NCBI GenBank assembly: GCA_046294595.1 | Contig: JBKBKD010000012.1 | Span: 5,864 to 69,863, forward strand | From: Novosphingobium sp. | GTDB lineage: Bacteria > Pseudomonadota > Alphaproteobacteria > Sphingomonadales > Sphingomonadaceae | Length of the DNA stretch: 64,000 bases | Reading direction: 5' to 3' | Program-made: the position numbers and the translations under genes | The notes under the pieces: generated by a model | The model's input: the letters and a program-made list of their open reading frames with translations, nothing else | Databases searched by the model: none | Told to the model about the DNA's origin: nothing | Shown here: positions 51,101 to 61,082 of the stretch, one piece after another | How positions within the stretch are numbered: the first letter of the stretch is position 1 | Layout of the letters: every line of letters starts with the position of its first letter

Positions 51101-52180
51101 CTATGCCAGCGCTTCGGCGATGGCCTTGCCGCATTCCTCGGTATTGGCCGCGCCCTTGAGATCGCGGGTGCGGGCCGAAGGCGTGGCCAGAACCTGCTCC
51201 ACCGCGCGCATGATCGCCGCAGCGGCCTCGGTCTCGCCCAGATGCTCCAGCATCATGGCCGCCGACCAGATCTGGCCAACCGGGTTGGCAATGTTCTGCC
51301 CGGCAATGTCGGGTGCCGAGCCATGAACCGGCTCGAACAGCGAAGGATGCCGGCCTTCGGGGTTGATATTGGCCGATGGGGCAACGCCGATGGTGCCGGT
51401 GCAGGCGGGGCCAAGGTCGGAAAGGATGTCGCCGAACAGGTTCGATCCCACAACCACATCGAAGCGGTCCGGGTTGAGCACGAACTGCGCGGTCAGGATG
51501 TCGATATGATACTTGTCATGGCTGACATCGGGATATTCGGCGCCGATGGCTTCGACACGCTCGTCCCAGTAGGGCATGGTGATGGCGATGCCGTTCGACT
51601 TGGTGGCGCTGGTCAGGTGCTTTCGCTCGCGCTTCTGCGCCAGATCGAAGGCATAGCGCAGCACGCGGTCAACCCCCACGCGCGTCATCACGGTTTCCTG
51701 GATCACCAGCTCGCGCTCGGTTCCGGGGAACATGATGCCGCCCACGGCCGAATACTCGCCCTCGGTGTTTTCGCGCACCACCCAGAAATCGATGTCGCCC
51801 GGCTCGCGCCCGGCCAGCGGGCAAGGCACGCCCGGCATCAACCGCACCGGGCGCAGGTTCACATACTGGTCGTATTCGCGGCGGAACTGGATGATCGAGC
51901 CCCACAGCGAGATGTGGTCGGGCACGCTATCGGGCCAGCCCACCGCGCCGAAGAAGATCGCGTCCGGGCGGCCGATCTCCTCCTTCCAGTTTTCGGGCAT
52001 CATCCGGCCATGGCGCGCATAGTAATCGCACGAGGCGAAATCGTGCCACTTCTGCTCGATCTCGAAGCCGTAGAGCGCGGCGGCCTTTTCCAGCACGCGC
52101 ATGCCTTCGGGCATGACTTCCTTGCCGATGCCGTCACCGGGGATCACCGCGATGGTGTGCTTGCGGATAGTGCTGCTCAT
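51101..52180 (-). CDS. Tartrate dehydrogenase/decarboxylase (D-malate dehydrogenase family)
   Basis: IPGDGIGKEV, VPDHISLWG, SATKSNG, NLFGDILSD and FEPVHGSAPDI. Confidence 0.92.
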   Translation of the reverse strand: MSSTIRKHTIAVIPGDGIGKEVMPEGMRVLEKAAALYGFEIEQKWHDFASCDYYARHGRMMPENWKEEIGRPDAIFFGAVGWPDSVPDHISLWGSIIQFRREYDQYVNLRPVRLMPGVPCPLAGREPGDIDFWVVRENTEGEYSAVGGIMFPGTERELVIQETVMTRVGVDRVLRYAFDLAQKRERKHLTSATKSNGIAITMPYWDERVEAIGAEYPDVSHDKYHIDILTAQFVLNPDRFDVVVGSNLFGDILSDLGPACTGTIGVAPSANINPEGRHPSLFEPVHGSAPDIAGQNIANPVGQIWSAAMMLEHLGETEAAAAIMRAVEQVLATPSARTRDLKGAANTEECGKAIAEALA

Positions 52181-52237
52181 GTCATTCCCCTGTGAAGCCG
52201 GTTCAGGCCGGGTCCGGCGATGCCGGAACCGGAGATG

Positions 52238-53692
52238 TCAGATCCTGAGACCGCCGATATGGAAGGCTTTGGTTTCAAGGTATTCCTCGATGCCAAGCGT
52301 GCCGCCCTCGCGCCCAAGGCCCGATTGCTTGACCCCGCCGAACGGCGCCATTTCCATGGCGATCGATCCGGTGTTCAGCGCGATCATCCCCGCTTCCAGC
52401 GCCTCGGCAACGCGGAACGCACGATCAAGGCCGGAAGTATAGAAATAGCTGGCAAGGCCGTATTCGGTGGCGTTGGCCATGGCGATGGCCTCGTCCTCGG
52501 TCTCGAAGCGGAACAGCGGCGCGACCGGACCAAAGGTCTCTTCCGAGGCAAGCCGCATTTCGGCGTTGGCCTCGGCGATGACGACCGGCCGGACAAAGTT
52601 GCCGCCCTGCGCCCCCTTGCCGGAAAACAGCACCTTGCCGCCCTTCGCCAGTGCGTCCTCGACATGCGCGGCTACCTTATCCGCCGCGGCCCGGTTGATG
52701 AGCGGACCGGTGGTGGCGTCCCCGGCCATGCCGTTGCCCACATTGAGCGCCGAAACCGCCGCCCCCAGACGTGCCGCAAACTCGTCATGGATCGGCGCGT
52801 GGACGAGAATGCGGTTGGCGCAGACGCAGGTCTGGCCGGCATTGCGGAACTTCGACATCATCGCTGCCTTGACCGCGAGATCAAGGTCGGCATCGTCGAA
52901 CACGATGAGCGGTGCATTGCCGCCCAGCTCAAGGCTCAGCCGCTTGATCGTGTCGGCGCTCTGACGCATCAGCAGGGCACCCACGCGGGTGGAACCGGTG
53001 AACGAGAGCTTGCGCACGACCGGGCTTGCCGTGATCGCCTCGCCAATGGCCTTCGGCATTCCGGTCAGCAGGTTGATCGTGCCCTTGGGAATGCCCGCCC
53101 GCACGGCCAGTTCGATCAGCGCCAGCGCGGTGAACGGCGTCATCTCCGATGGCTTGATGACAACCGGGCACCCCGCCGCCAGCGCCGGGGCGCACTTGCG
53201 CGTTATCATGGCGGCCGGGAAGTTCCACGGCGTGATCGCGGCCGAAACGCCCACCGGCTCGGTCAGCACGATGATGCGACGGTCGCGTTCGGGCGCCGGG
53301 ATGTTGCGTCCGCCAACGCGGCGCCCTTCCTCGGCAAACCACTTGATGAACGTGGCGGCATAACGGATTTCGCCCTGCGCCTCGGCCAGCGGCTTGCCCT
53401 GTTCGGCGGTCATGATCCGCGCAAGGTCATCGATATTGGCCAGCACCAGCGCGTGCCATGCCTCAAGCAGCGCGGCGCGCTCGCCCGCCGTGCGGCGGCG
53501 CCAGTCGCCCCACGAGGCTTGCGCCGCCGCAATGGCGGCCTCGGTCTCGGCCGTGCCGCAATCGGGAACGGTGCCGATCACCTCGCCCGTGGCAGGATTG
53601 GTCACTTCAAGGGCGGGAAGGCCAGCCCCGATCCATGCGCCGTCGATGAAGGCTGCTTCGCGCAGCAGTGTGGGGTCGGAAAGTGTCAGCAT
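52238..53692 (-). CDS. gabD: Succinate-semialdehyde dehydrogenase family
   Basis: PWNFPAAMITRK, LELGGNAP, KFRNAGQTCVC and EETFGP. Confidence 0.85.
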   Translation of the reverse strand: MLTLSDPTLLREAAFIDGAWIGAGLPALEVTNPATGEVIGTVPDCGTAETEAAIAAAQASWGDWRRRTAGERAALLEAWHALVLANIDDLARIMTAEQGKPLAEAQGEIRYAATFIKWFAEEGRRVGGRNIPAPERDRRIIVLTEPVGVSAAITPWNFPAAMITRKCAPALAAGCPVVIKPSEMTPFTALALIELAVRAGIPKGTINLLTGMPKAIGEAITASPVVRKLSFTGSTRVGALLMRQSADTIKRLSLELGGNAPLIVFDDADLDLAVKAAMMSKFRNAGQTCVCANRILVHAPIHDEFAARLGAAVSALNVGNGMAGDATTGPLINRAAADKVAAHVEDALAKGGKVLFSGKGAQGGNFVRPVVIAEANAEMRLASEETFGPVAPLFRFETEDEAIAMANATEYGLASYFYTSGLDRAFRVAEALEAGMIALNTGSIAMEMAPFGGVKQSGLGREGGTLGIEEYLETKAFHIGGLRI

Positions 53693-53695
53693 TGT

Positions 53696-54553
53696 TCAAC
53701 CTAGCGCCTGTGCAGCAAGACCAAAGAGAGCAGCGTCATGGCCGGGGACGGGAGCCGGGCCAAGCGCCATGCACGTAACCTGACCGACAGCCGGAAGTCC
53801 GGTTTCCTCCAGCCATGCCCCAAGCCCGCTGGCATCGGGCACATCGATCCGGCAGAAGCTTCCGGTCTGCGTGCCCAGCCAGTGCGCCACCAGCGCCTTT
53901 GCCCCGGCAAGATCAGGGGCAACCACGGGGCCGATCAGCCATCCCCGCCCAAACCGGCGCATGACGGCAAACCCGGTCTGGACATGTTCGCGGCAAAGCA
54001 CCACGGCGCTGCCATCGGCCAGCAGCGCATCGAGCAGGGCCTTGCGATCCATGCCCGTGGCCGAGGCATAGAGCGCCTCGACCGCATCGGCATCGGCCGC
54101 GCCCATCGGGCGGACCCGCTCGCCGGGGCGAAGCGCCACCAGCGGCTGCACCGGGGCCAGCCCCTGGTGCTGGCGTATCTTGCCCAGTTCGGAAAAGCCC
54201 AGCTTGCCATAGAGGGCAAGGCCCTGATCGGTGGCGTTGAGCATGACCGTGCCCACGCCCAGCCGTTCGATCATGGTGCTCGCAAGATGGCGGCCAAGCC
54301 CCCGGCCCTGATGCGCCGCCGCCACGATGATGACGCCAAGCATGGCAAAGGCATCGCCAAAGCGCCACGCCATGATCGTGCCCGCAATCCGGCCGTCCAC
54401 TTCGGCAACCAGACCGCTGCCGATGGCCAGCAGCTTTTCCAGATCCTCCTCGCGGTGGGGCCATTGCTGTTCGAAGCACAGGTCGGCAACCGCGTGGATA
54501 TCCTCCCGCGCCATCTCCCGCAGCACGATCTGCGTCGTGTCCTGAACTGCCAT
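53696..54553 (-). CDS. Tandem-GNAT N-acyltransferase (YitH/HolE-like)
   Basis: WPHREED, HQGRGLG, LYGKLGF, QHQG and RRFGRGWLIGPVVA. Confidence 0.85.
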   Translation of the reverse strand: MAVQDTTQIVLREMAREDIHAVADLCFEQQWPHREEDLEKLLAIGSGLVAEVDGRIAGTIMAWRFGDAFAMLGVIIVAAAHQGRGLGRHLASTMIERLGVGTVMLNATDQGLALYGKLGFSELGKIRQHQGLAPVQPLVALRPGERVRPMGAADADAVEALYASATGMDRKALLDALLADGSAVVLCREHVQTGFAVMRRFGRGWLIGPVVAPDLAGAKALVAHWLGTQTGSFCRIDVPDASGLGAWLEETGLPAVGQVTCMALGPAPVPGHDAALFGLAAQALG

Positions 54554-54703
54554 CCGGTGCTCCCGCCACTGTGACGAAACGTGGGCGACAAGCATCGCCC
54601 AGCGAGTCTCGTGTCTATCCGACAGCCCTCAAAAGAAGCTGCCGGTTTTCAGGAAGATTTGGAACAATATTGCGAAATGCCGCGCAGCCCGTTTTTCCGC
54701 TTC

Positions 54704-56029
54704 TCAGAACTCGGAAACGTCGATCGCCGCACCCGGATCGAAGCGGGAAAGACGGTAGGGCCGCGGATCGACTATCGGCTCATCGCCCGTGGCAATGTCC
54801 GCCACCAGGTGCCCCGCGCCCGGCCCGATGCCGAAGCCGTGGCCGCTGAAGCCTGCCGCCAGAATGAAGCCGGGGATGGCCGGAATCTCGCCGATCACGG
54901 GAACGCCATCGGGCGTGCTGTCGACAAAGCCTGCCCATGTCCCCACCACGGGCGCGCGCGCCACTTCGGGGATCAGGCGCGAAACGCGCTCGATCGTCAG
55001 GCGGATGGTCCTGGGATCGGGTGCCGGATCGAGAATGCGCCGGGCCTCCATCGGCGTTGGCCGGTCCAGCGCCCAGCGCGCCAGCGTTTCGTGTCCCGCC
55101 CGCAGCCCGTGCAGGCCGCCGGGCGAAACCTTTCTCCAGCGCTGGCGGAACATGGGAATGAACTGCTTCTGGAACCGCAGGAACTGCGCCGTCGGATCCA
55201 CCTTGGCCCGCCCGCTGTAGGCCAGCGCATGGGCGCCATCGCCGCGCCGCGTGATCGACATGGAATCGCCATAGAACGCATCGGGCAGGCTCATGTGGCC
55301 GGTGCCGACCGCAAGGATCGACTGGCGCACCGTCGCCTGCGGAAAGCGCACGCCAAGCTGGTGCATGAACGATGATGCCCAGGCACCGCCCGCATGGATC
55401 ACCAGCTTCGTGGCAATTGTGCCGCGCTCGGTCACGACCCCGCTCACCGCGCCGCCGGTCGTCTCGATCCCGCGTGCGGCACAGGCTTGGTGCACCGTGC
55501 CGCCCAGCGCCATGATGGCGCGCGCCACCGCCGGCACGGCAAGCCCCGGATCGGCAATGCCGTCCATCTGCGAATGCACGCCGCCCTTCCACACCTGCCG
55601 GGTGAAGCTGCCCTTCTCGGTCGCCTCCGCACTGTTCAGCATCCGCGTCTTCACGCCGATGGAACGGGCATATTCGCCCCACTTCGCCCAGGTGGCGATC
55701 TCGGCCTCGTCGTTGCTCACGTAGAACAGCCCGCAGCGGCGAAAGCCGGTTTCCTCGCCGCTGTCCTTGCCGAACGCTTCCCACAGGTCGAGCGCCTTGG
55801 TCGCCAGCGGCAGTTCGCGCTCGTCGCGGTTCTGCTGGCGGCACCAGCCCCAGTTGCGGCTGGATTGTTCGCCGCCCACCACGCCCTTTTCGATCAGCGC
55901 AACCTTCAGGCCGCGCCTGGCAAGGTAGTAGGCGGTAAAGCTGCCCACCACGCCTGCGCCGATGACGACCACATCCGCGGCTGCCGGCAGTTCCGGGGTG
56001 GATTCGATGAACTTCAGGGGCGCGGGCAT
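54704..56029 (-). CDS. FAD-dependent D-amino acid oxidase/deaminase-like oxidoreductase
   Basis: VIGAGVVG, EQSSRNWGWCRQQ, DSTPDGVPVI and SGHGFGIGP. Confidence 0.9.
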   Translation of the reverse strand: MPAPLKFIESTPELPAAADVVVIGAGVVGSFTAYYLARRGLKVALIEKGVVGGEQSSRNWGWCRQQNRDERELPLATKALDLWEAFGKDSGEETGFRRCGLFYVSNDEAEIATWAKWGEYARSIGVKTRMLNSAEATEKGSFTRQVWKGGVHSQMDGIADPGLAVPAVARAIMALGGTVHQACAARGIETTGGAVSGVVTERGTIATKLVIHAGGAWASSFMHQLGVRFPQATVRQSILAVGTGHMSLPDAFYGDSMSITRRGDGAHALAYSGRAKVDPTAQFLRFQKQFIPMFRQRWRKVSPGGLHGLRAGHETLARWALDRPTPMEARRILDPAPDPRTIRLTIERVSRLIPEVARAPVVGTWAGFVDSTPDGVPVIGEIPAIPGFILAAGFSGHGFGIGPGAGHLVADIATGDEPIVDPRPYRLSRFDPGAAIDVSEF

Positions 56030-56056
56030 GTCAGACTTCTCCGATGAATGCTGGGG

Positions 56057-57517
56057 TCATGCGAAACCAAGGATGGCCTTGACCTCAAGGTATTCCTCGA
56101 AGCCGAAAAGGCCGTATTCGCGCCCGTTGCCCGACCGCCTGTAGCCGCCGAACGGGGCATGGGGATCCCATGCCGGGCTGTTGATGTGGACCTGCCCGGT
56201 GCGGATGCGCAGCGCCACCTGGCGCGCCTGCGCCAGATCGGCGCCATGCACATGGCCGCCAAGGCCGTATTCGGTATCGTTGGCAATCGCCACGGCCTCG
56301 TCCACGGTGTCGTAAGCGATGATGACCAGAACCGGGCCGAAGATCTCCTCCTGCGCAATGCGCATGGCGCTGGCGACATCGGAAAAGATCGTGGGCCGCA
56401 CGAACAGGCCGTGGTCCAGCCCGTCGGGACAGCCCGGACCGCCGCAGACCAGCCTTGCCCCTTCCTCGATGCCCACCGCGATCATTGCCTGCACGCGCCG
56501 ATGCTGCGCAGCATTGGCGATGGGGCCAAGCGTGGTCGCCTCGTCCGCCGGATCGCCCACCACGATCGCCTCTGCCGTGCGGCGCGCGATCGCTTCGACT
56601 TCGGCAAGGGCCGCGCGCGGCACGATCATGCGGGTGGGCGCGCTGCATGACTGGCCGACATTGCGGAACGCGGCCATGACCGCCTGCGGCACGACGCGTT
56701 CGAAATCGGCATCGGGCAGCAGGACATTGGGCGATTTTCCGCCCAGTTCCTGCGTGACGCGCTTGACCGTGGGCGCCGCGCCCTGCGCCACCAGCACGCC
56801 CGCACGGTTGGACCCGGTGATCGAGATCATGTCGATGTCGGGGTGGGCCGCCATGGCCGCGCCAACCTCGCTGCCCGTGCCGTTGACAAGGTTGAACACG
56901 CCAGGAGGCGCGCCTGCATCATGCACGATCTGCGCAAACATCATCGCGCTGAGCGGCGAAAGCTCGCTGGGCTTGAGCACGACCGTGCATCCGGCCGCCA
57001 GCGCCGGGGCAACCTTGGCCGTGATCTGGTAAAGCGGCCAGTTCCACGGCGTGATCAGCGCGGCCACGCCAATGGCTTCGCGCACGATCGCGGTGGTGCC
57101 GCGCATGGTCAGGAAATCGTAGTCGCGCAGCACCTCGATGGCGGCCGCGACATGCCCCAGCGCAAAGGGCACGTGGGCGCTGCGCGCATGGCTGATGGCA
57201 GCGCCCATCTCGCGCACGAGCACCTGCGCCAGAGGCTCGGCACGCGCGGCGATCAGCCCATGGATGCGCTCCAGCAGGGCAAGCCTTTCGGCCACCGGCG
57301 ATTGCGAAAAGGCAGGAAACGCCGCCCGTGCCGCAGCAACGGCAAGATCAAGGTCGGCCGATGTCCCGGCCGTGACCTCGGCCACCACCTCACCGTTTGC
57401 GGGATTGATGACCGGCAGGCGTTCGCCGCCCGAAAGCGCCACCCACCCGCCGTCGATATAGGCATGGCCGCCAAGCGCCACGACCTGCGCAATCGCCTGG
57501 GCAACCGGATCGCTCAT
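56057..57517 (-). CDS. Aldehyde dehydrogenase
   Basis: PWNWP, KPSELSP, QELGGKSP, NVGQSC and EEIFGPV. Start at MSDPVAQ with an ATGA overlap. Confidence 0.92.
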   Translation of the reverse strand: MSDPVAQAIAQVVALGGHAYIDGGWVALSGGERLPVINPANGEVVAEVTAGTSADLDLAVAAARAAFPAFSQSPVAERLALLERIHGLIAARAEPLAQVLVREMGAAISHARSAHVPFALGHVAAAIEVLRDYDFLTMRGTTAIVREAIGVAALITPWNWPLYQITAKVAPALAAGCTVVLKPSELSPLSAMMFAQIVHDAGAPPGVFNLVNGTGSEVGAAMAAHPDIDMISITGSNRAGVLVAQGAAPTVKRVTQELGGKSPNVLLPDADFERVVPQAVMAAFRNVGQSCSAPTRMIVPRAALAEVEAIARRTAEAIVVGDPADEATTLGPIANAAQHRRVQAMIAVGIEEGARLVCGGPGCPDGLDHGLFVRPTIFSDVASAMRIAQEEIFGPVLVIIAYDTVDEAVAIANDTEYGLGGHVHGADLAQARQVALRIRTGQVHINSPAWDPHAPFGGYRRSGNGREYGLFGFEEYLEVKAILGFA

Positions 57518-58794
57518 CCCACCATGTCCTTGTAGCGATAGTATGCGCCGACAAAGGGCAGGAACCACGGCGTGCCGAAATAGCCGGGAATGGCGGGCCA
57601 GTCGAAATCGCGCCAGGGGTTCAGCTCGGCCTTGCCGTCCAGCACGTCGGCCATGATCCTGCCCATGTAGGTGGCCATGTGCGTGCCGTGGCCGCTGTAG
57701 CCCATCGAATAGAACAGCCCGTCGCGCTCTCCCGCGCGGGGCAGCCGGTCGCTCGTCATGTCCACCATGCCGCCCCAGCAGTAGTCGATGCGCACATCGG
57801 CAAGTTCGGGGAAGAAGTGCGTCATCGAACGCCGCAGGATCGCCCCGCTCTTCGCATCGGCGGCCGGATCGCTGCGGCTCGAAAACCGTGCGCGGCCGCC
57901 AAACAGGATGCGGTTGTCGGGCGTGGTCCGGAAATAGCTTACGAAATTGCGCGTATCCACCGTGTTGCGGCGGCGCGGGGTCAGCCGGTCGAGCAGTTCG
58001 GTCGGTAGGGGTTCGGTGGCGATGAGATAGGCCCCCACCGGCACCAGGCGCCGCCGGAACCAGCCCAGCGGCCCCACCTGCGATGTGCCGGTGGCAAGCA
58101 GCACCTGATTGGCGGTGAGGCTGCCGTGCGGGGTGGTAAGCTCGTATGCCGAACCGGCCATGCGGCGCATCGCGATCAGCGGATTGCGTTCGAAGATCGT
58201 GCCGCCGCGCCGGACGACGGCCTCGGCCAGGCCCTGTCCGTATTCGCCCATGTGCATGCTGGCGCTCTTGCCATACAGCATCCCGCCATGGAAAATGTCC
58301 GAGCCGACCTCCGATGGCAGATCGGCAGGCATGACGATGCTCGTTTCGGGATCGACATTGCGGGCCAGCAGTTCCTGCGAACGCTTGATCTTCTCGAAGT
58401 GTTCGGGCTTGGCCGCCAGCTTCAGCTTGCCCACGCGCCCGAAATGGCAGTCGATCCCTTCCTCGGCCACGATCTGTTCGACCAGATCGACGCCCGCATC
58501 GAAGGCGCGGTAGAACATGTTCGCGCGTTCCTGCCCGAACTTGGCAACCATGCCGCCATAGTCCTGCGCAAAGCCGTTGTTGCACATGCCGCCATTGCGG
58601 CCCGATGCGGCGCCCGCCACCCGGTCGGCTTCCAGGACGACGACCTTCGCCCCCTTCTTTGCCAGCGCCAGTGCGGCCGAAAGCCCGGTAAAGCCCGCCC
58701 CCACCACGGCCACGTCGGCCCTGCCCTCCGGGCCGCCGGGTGCGGCCGATGCAAAGGGCCTTGCCGAATCGAGCCAGTAGGATGTCATCTTCAT
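57514..58794 (-). CDS. FAD-dependent amine oxidoreductase (PuuB/OrdL-like)
   Basis: SYW, VVGAGFTG, ASGRNGG, LFGG and GYSGHG. Confidence 0.9.
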   Translation of the reverse strand: MKMTSYWLDSARPFASAAPGGPEGRADVAVVGAGFTGLSAALALAKKGAKVVVLEADRVAGAASGRNGGMCNNGFAQDYGGMVAKFGQERANMFYRAFDAGVDLVEQIVAEEGIDCHFGRVGKLKLAAKPEHFEKIKRSQELLARNVDPETSIVMPADLPSEVGSDIFHGGMLYGKSASMHMGEYGQGLAEAVVRRGGTIFERNPLIAMRRMAGSAYELTTPHGSLTANQVLLATGTSQVGPLGWFRRRLVPVGAYLIATEPLPTELLDRLTPRRRNTVDTRNFVSYFRTTPDNRILFGGRARFSSRSDPAADAKSGAILRRSMTHFFPELADVRIDYCWGGMVDMTSDRLPRAGERDGLFYSMGYSGHGTHMATYMGRIMADVLDGKAELNPWRDFDWPAIPGYFGTPWFLPFVGAYYRYKDMVG

Positions 58795-58851
58795 GTCGGC
58801 TTCTCCGCCCTTGCGGGCCTTATGAAACGCGGGGCTTGAAACACGGAGTTA

Positions 58852-60030
58852 TCACCAGCCTCGCATCCGCGGCCACTGGCCCGTGATCGCGCGGCCCGTG
58901 CCGTCCACCACGTGATAGCTGTCATGCTGCGCGCAGGTCGCGCAGGCGTGATTGGGCAGAACCCGCACCCGCGATCCGATCGGAAGATCGGGCAGGCTGG
59001 CGCCGCTGCCGGGCCGCACCTTGATGATCCCGTGCTCCTGGCTGGCATCTTCCACGATCACGTCGGGCAGGGGATTGCCGTCGATGTCGCAGACAAGGCC
59101 ATAGCCCTGGTCCACCGGATGGCGCTGCGTGCCCCGGTCGCGCGAAAGCGCCATCCAGCCGCCATCGGTCAGGATCCAGCCCTTTTCCGGGCGATGGCCG
59201 ATCACCGTCAGCAGAACCGATGCGGCAATGTCGTCGAGCGTGCACACGCCGATCCCGTGCATGACCAGATCGAAGAAGCTGAAAACCCCGGCGCGCACTT
59301 CGGTCACACCGCTCAGATCCTGCGCGAAATGGGCAGTCGGCGTCGATCCCACGCTGACCACGGGCGCGGCATGGCCGGCTGCCCGCAGCCGCTCTGCCGC
59401 GGCCACGGCCGCCGCGCGTTCGCCTTCGGCCGCTTCGGGCAGCCCTTCGCCGCCGCGCGCATTGTAGGATTCCCCGGCATGGGTCAGAACCCCTGCCAGT
59501 TCCAGCCCGCCGCCGTGCAGCACCTCGGCCATGGCAAGAAGGGCGGGATCATCGGGCAGAACGCCGCCGCGGTGCCCGTCGCAGTCGATCTCGATCAGCA
59601 CCGCGGGCATTGCCGCGCCATCGGCGGCGGCAGAGACGAGCGCACGCGCCTGCTCGATCGTGTCGATCAGCACCGAAAGCCGCACGCCCCGCGCCACCAG
59701 CCTGCGCGCACGCGCTATCCGGTCAAGGCTCAGCCCCACGGCATAGGTGATGTCGGCAAAGCCCCCGTCGGCGAAGTATTCGGCCTCGGCCAGGGTCGAG
59801 ACCGTGATCGGTCCCACCCCTTCCGGAAACAGCCTGCGCGCCACGTCAAGCGACTTGCTGGTCTTCACATGCGGCCGGAAGCCTGCGCCAAGCTGCGCCA
59901 GCCGCGCGCGCAACCGGGCAATGTTGCGGTCAACCTTGCTCACATCAAGGATCAGCGCCGGGGTCGGCACCGTCTCCAGCGAGGCGGCAGTTGCGGCACG
60001 GGCATCCTGAACGGCGGTATCGGTCATCAC
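58852..60030 (-). CDS. Fold-type III PLP enzyme, D-threo-3-hydroxyaspartate dehydratase/DSD1 family
   Basis: RPHVKTSKS, ITVSTL, THAG.SY, VSVGSTPT, EVRAGV, GWMALSRDRGT, QEHG and PNHAC. These motifs match the recalled Delftia D-THA dehydratase pattern. Confidence 0.85.
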   Translation of the reverse strand: MMTDTAVQDARAATAASLETVPTPALILDVSKVDRNIARLRARLAQLGAGFRPHVKTSKSLDVARRLFPEGVGPITVSTLAEAEYFADGGFADITYAVGLSLDRIARARRLVARGVRLSVLIDTIEQARALVSAAADGAAMPAVLIEIDCDGHRGGVLPDDPALLAMAEVLHGGGLELAGVLTHAGESYNARGGEGLPEAAEGERAAAVAAAERLRAAGHAAPVVSVGSTPTAHFAQDLSGVTEVRAGVFSFFDLVMHGIGVCTLDDIAASVLLTVIGHRPEKGWILTDGGWMALSRDRGTQRHPVDQGYGLVCDIDGNPLPDVIVEDASQEHGIIKVRPGSGASLPDLPIGSRVRVLPNHACATCAQHDSYHVVDGTGRAITGQWPRMRGW

Positions 60031-60051
60031 GAACCTTCTTCGATTGCTGGC

Positions 60052-60909
60052 TCAGCCAAGCGACTGGTTGGACAAGGCAACGAGCATCGCGCCCGGCTCT
60101 GGCTGCGGCGGCGCGCCCAGCGCCATGACGGGCGCCCTGTCGACGCCGGGCAGACCGATCTCCTCCAGCCACGGCGCAAGCCCGCTGGTCTCGGTCACGT
60201 CGATCCGCACGAAAACGCCTTCATGGGCCGAAGCAAGCGTGGCGATGATCGCCCTCGCATCCCCGGCGGTCGCTGCCACAACCGGCCCGATCACCACGCC
60301 GCGCCCCCAGCGCCTGACGCAGCCATAGCCGGTGATCGCGCCACCCTGTGCAACCACAACCGTATCGGCAATCCCCAGCAGCGCATCCAGCAGGTTGCGC
60401 CGGTCCATTCCGGCGGCGCGGGCGTCCAGCGCAGCGATTGCGGCGCGGTCTTCCGGCATGGCCGCGCGGACCGGCACCGACCGGTCGATCGCGGGCACCT
60501 TGGCCAGCACGGCCTGATGCTGCGTGATGAAGCCGCAGCGCGCAAAACCCAGCCGGGTATAGAGCGGCTCGCCGTCCTGCGTCGAAACAAGGGTGATGCG
60601 CCGCCCTGCCGCATCGGCCAGCAGCGCCTCCATCAGCCTTGCGCCAATGCCCTGCCGCCGCGCGTCGGGAGAGACGATGATCATGCCGACCGTCGCAAAA
60701 TCCCTGCCATAGGGCCACCACAGCGCGGTCCCCAGCAGCTTTCCCTGCGCCTCGACCGCATAGCCGCGCCCCAGATCGAGCGCGAACTGCCAGTCCTCAA
60801 GCCGGTAGGGCCAGTTGAGCGCCTGCGACAGGCCCAGCGCCTGTTCAAGGTGGTCCGGCCGCAGCGCGATCACGTCCCGCTTGTCGCTTCCCGCCATGGC
60901 CTCCGGCAT
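60052..60909 (-). CDS. Tandem-GNAT N-acyltransferase (YitH/HolE-like), paralog of 53696-54553
   Basis: WPYRLED, RRQGIG, LYTRLGF, QHQA and RRWGRGVVIGPVVA. Confidence 0.85.
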   Translation of the reverse strand: MPEAMAGSDKRDVIALRPDHLEQALGLSQALNWPYRLEDWQFALDLGRGYAVEAQGKLLGTALWWPYGRDFATVGMIIVSPDARRQGIGARLMEALLADAAGRRITLVSTQDGEPLYTRLGFARCGFITQHQAVLAKVPAIDRSVPVRAAMPEDRAAIAALDARAAGMDRRNLLDALLGIADTVVVAQGGAITGYGCVRRWGRGVVIGPVVAATAGDARAIIATLASAHEGVFVRIDVTETSGLAPWLEEIGLPGVDRAPVMALGAPPQPEPGAMLVALSNQSLG

Positions 60910-61082
60910 ACCCCGCTACTCCTGCAAGCCTGCGCCAGCCGATATGCAGCATGAGCGCAGCACCTGATTATAAAGCGGATTCAGCATGGCAAATTGTTCC
61001 GAAAGGCCAAAGCGCGCGCAGCGGTCATGCGAAAGATGCCGTCGGCGGCGACATATTATGCCGCCGCCTCCACGCGCCGCCG

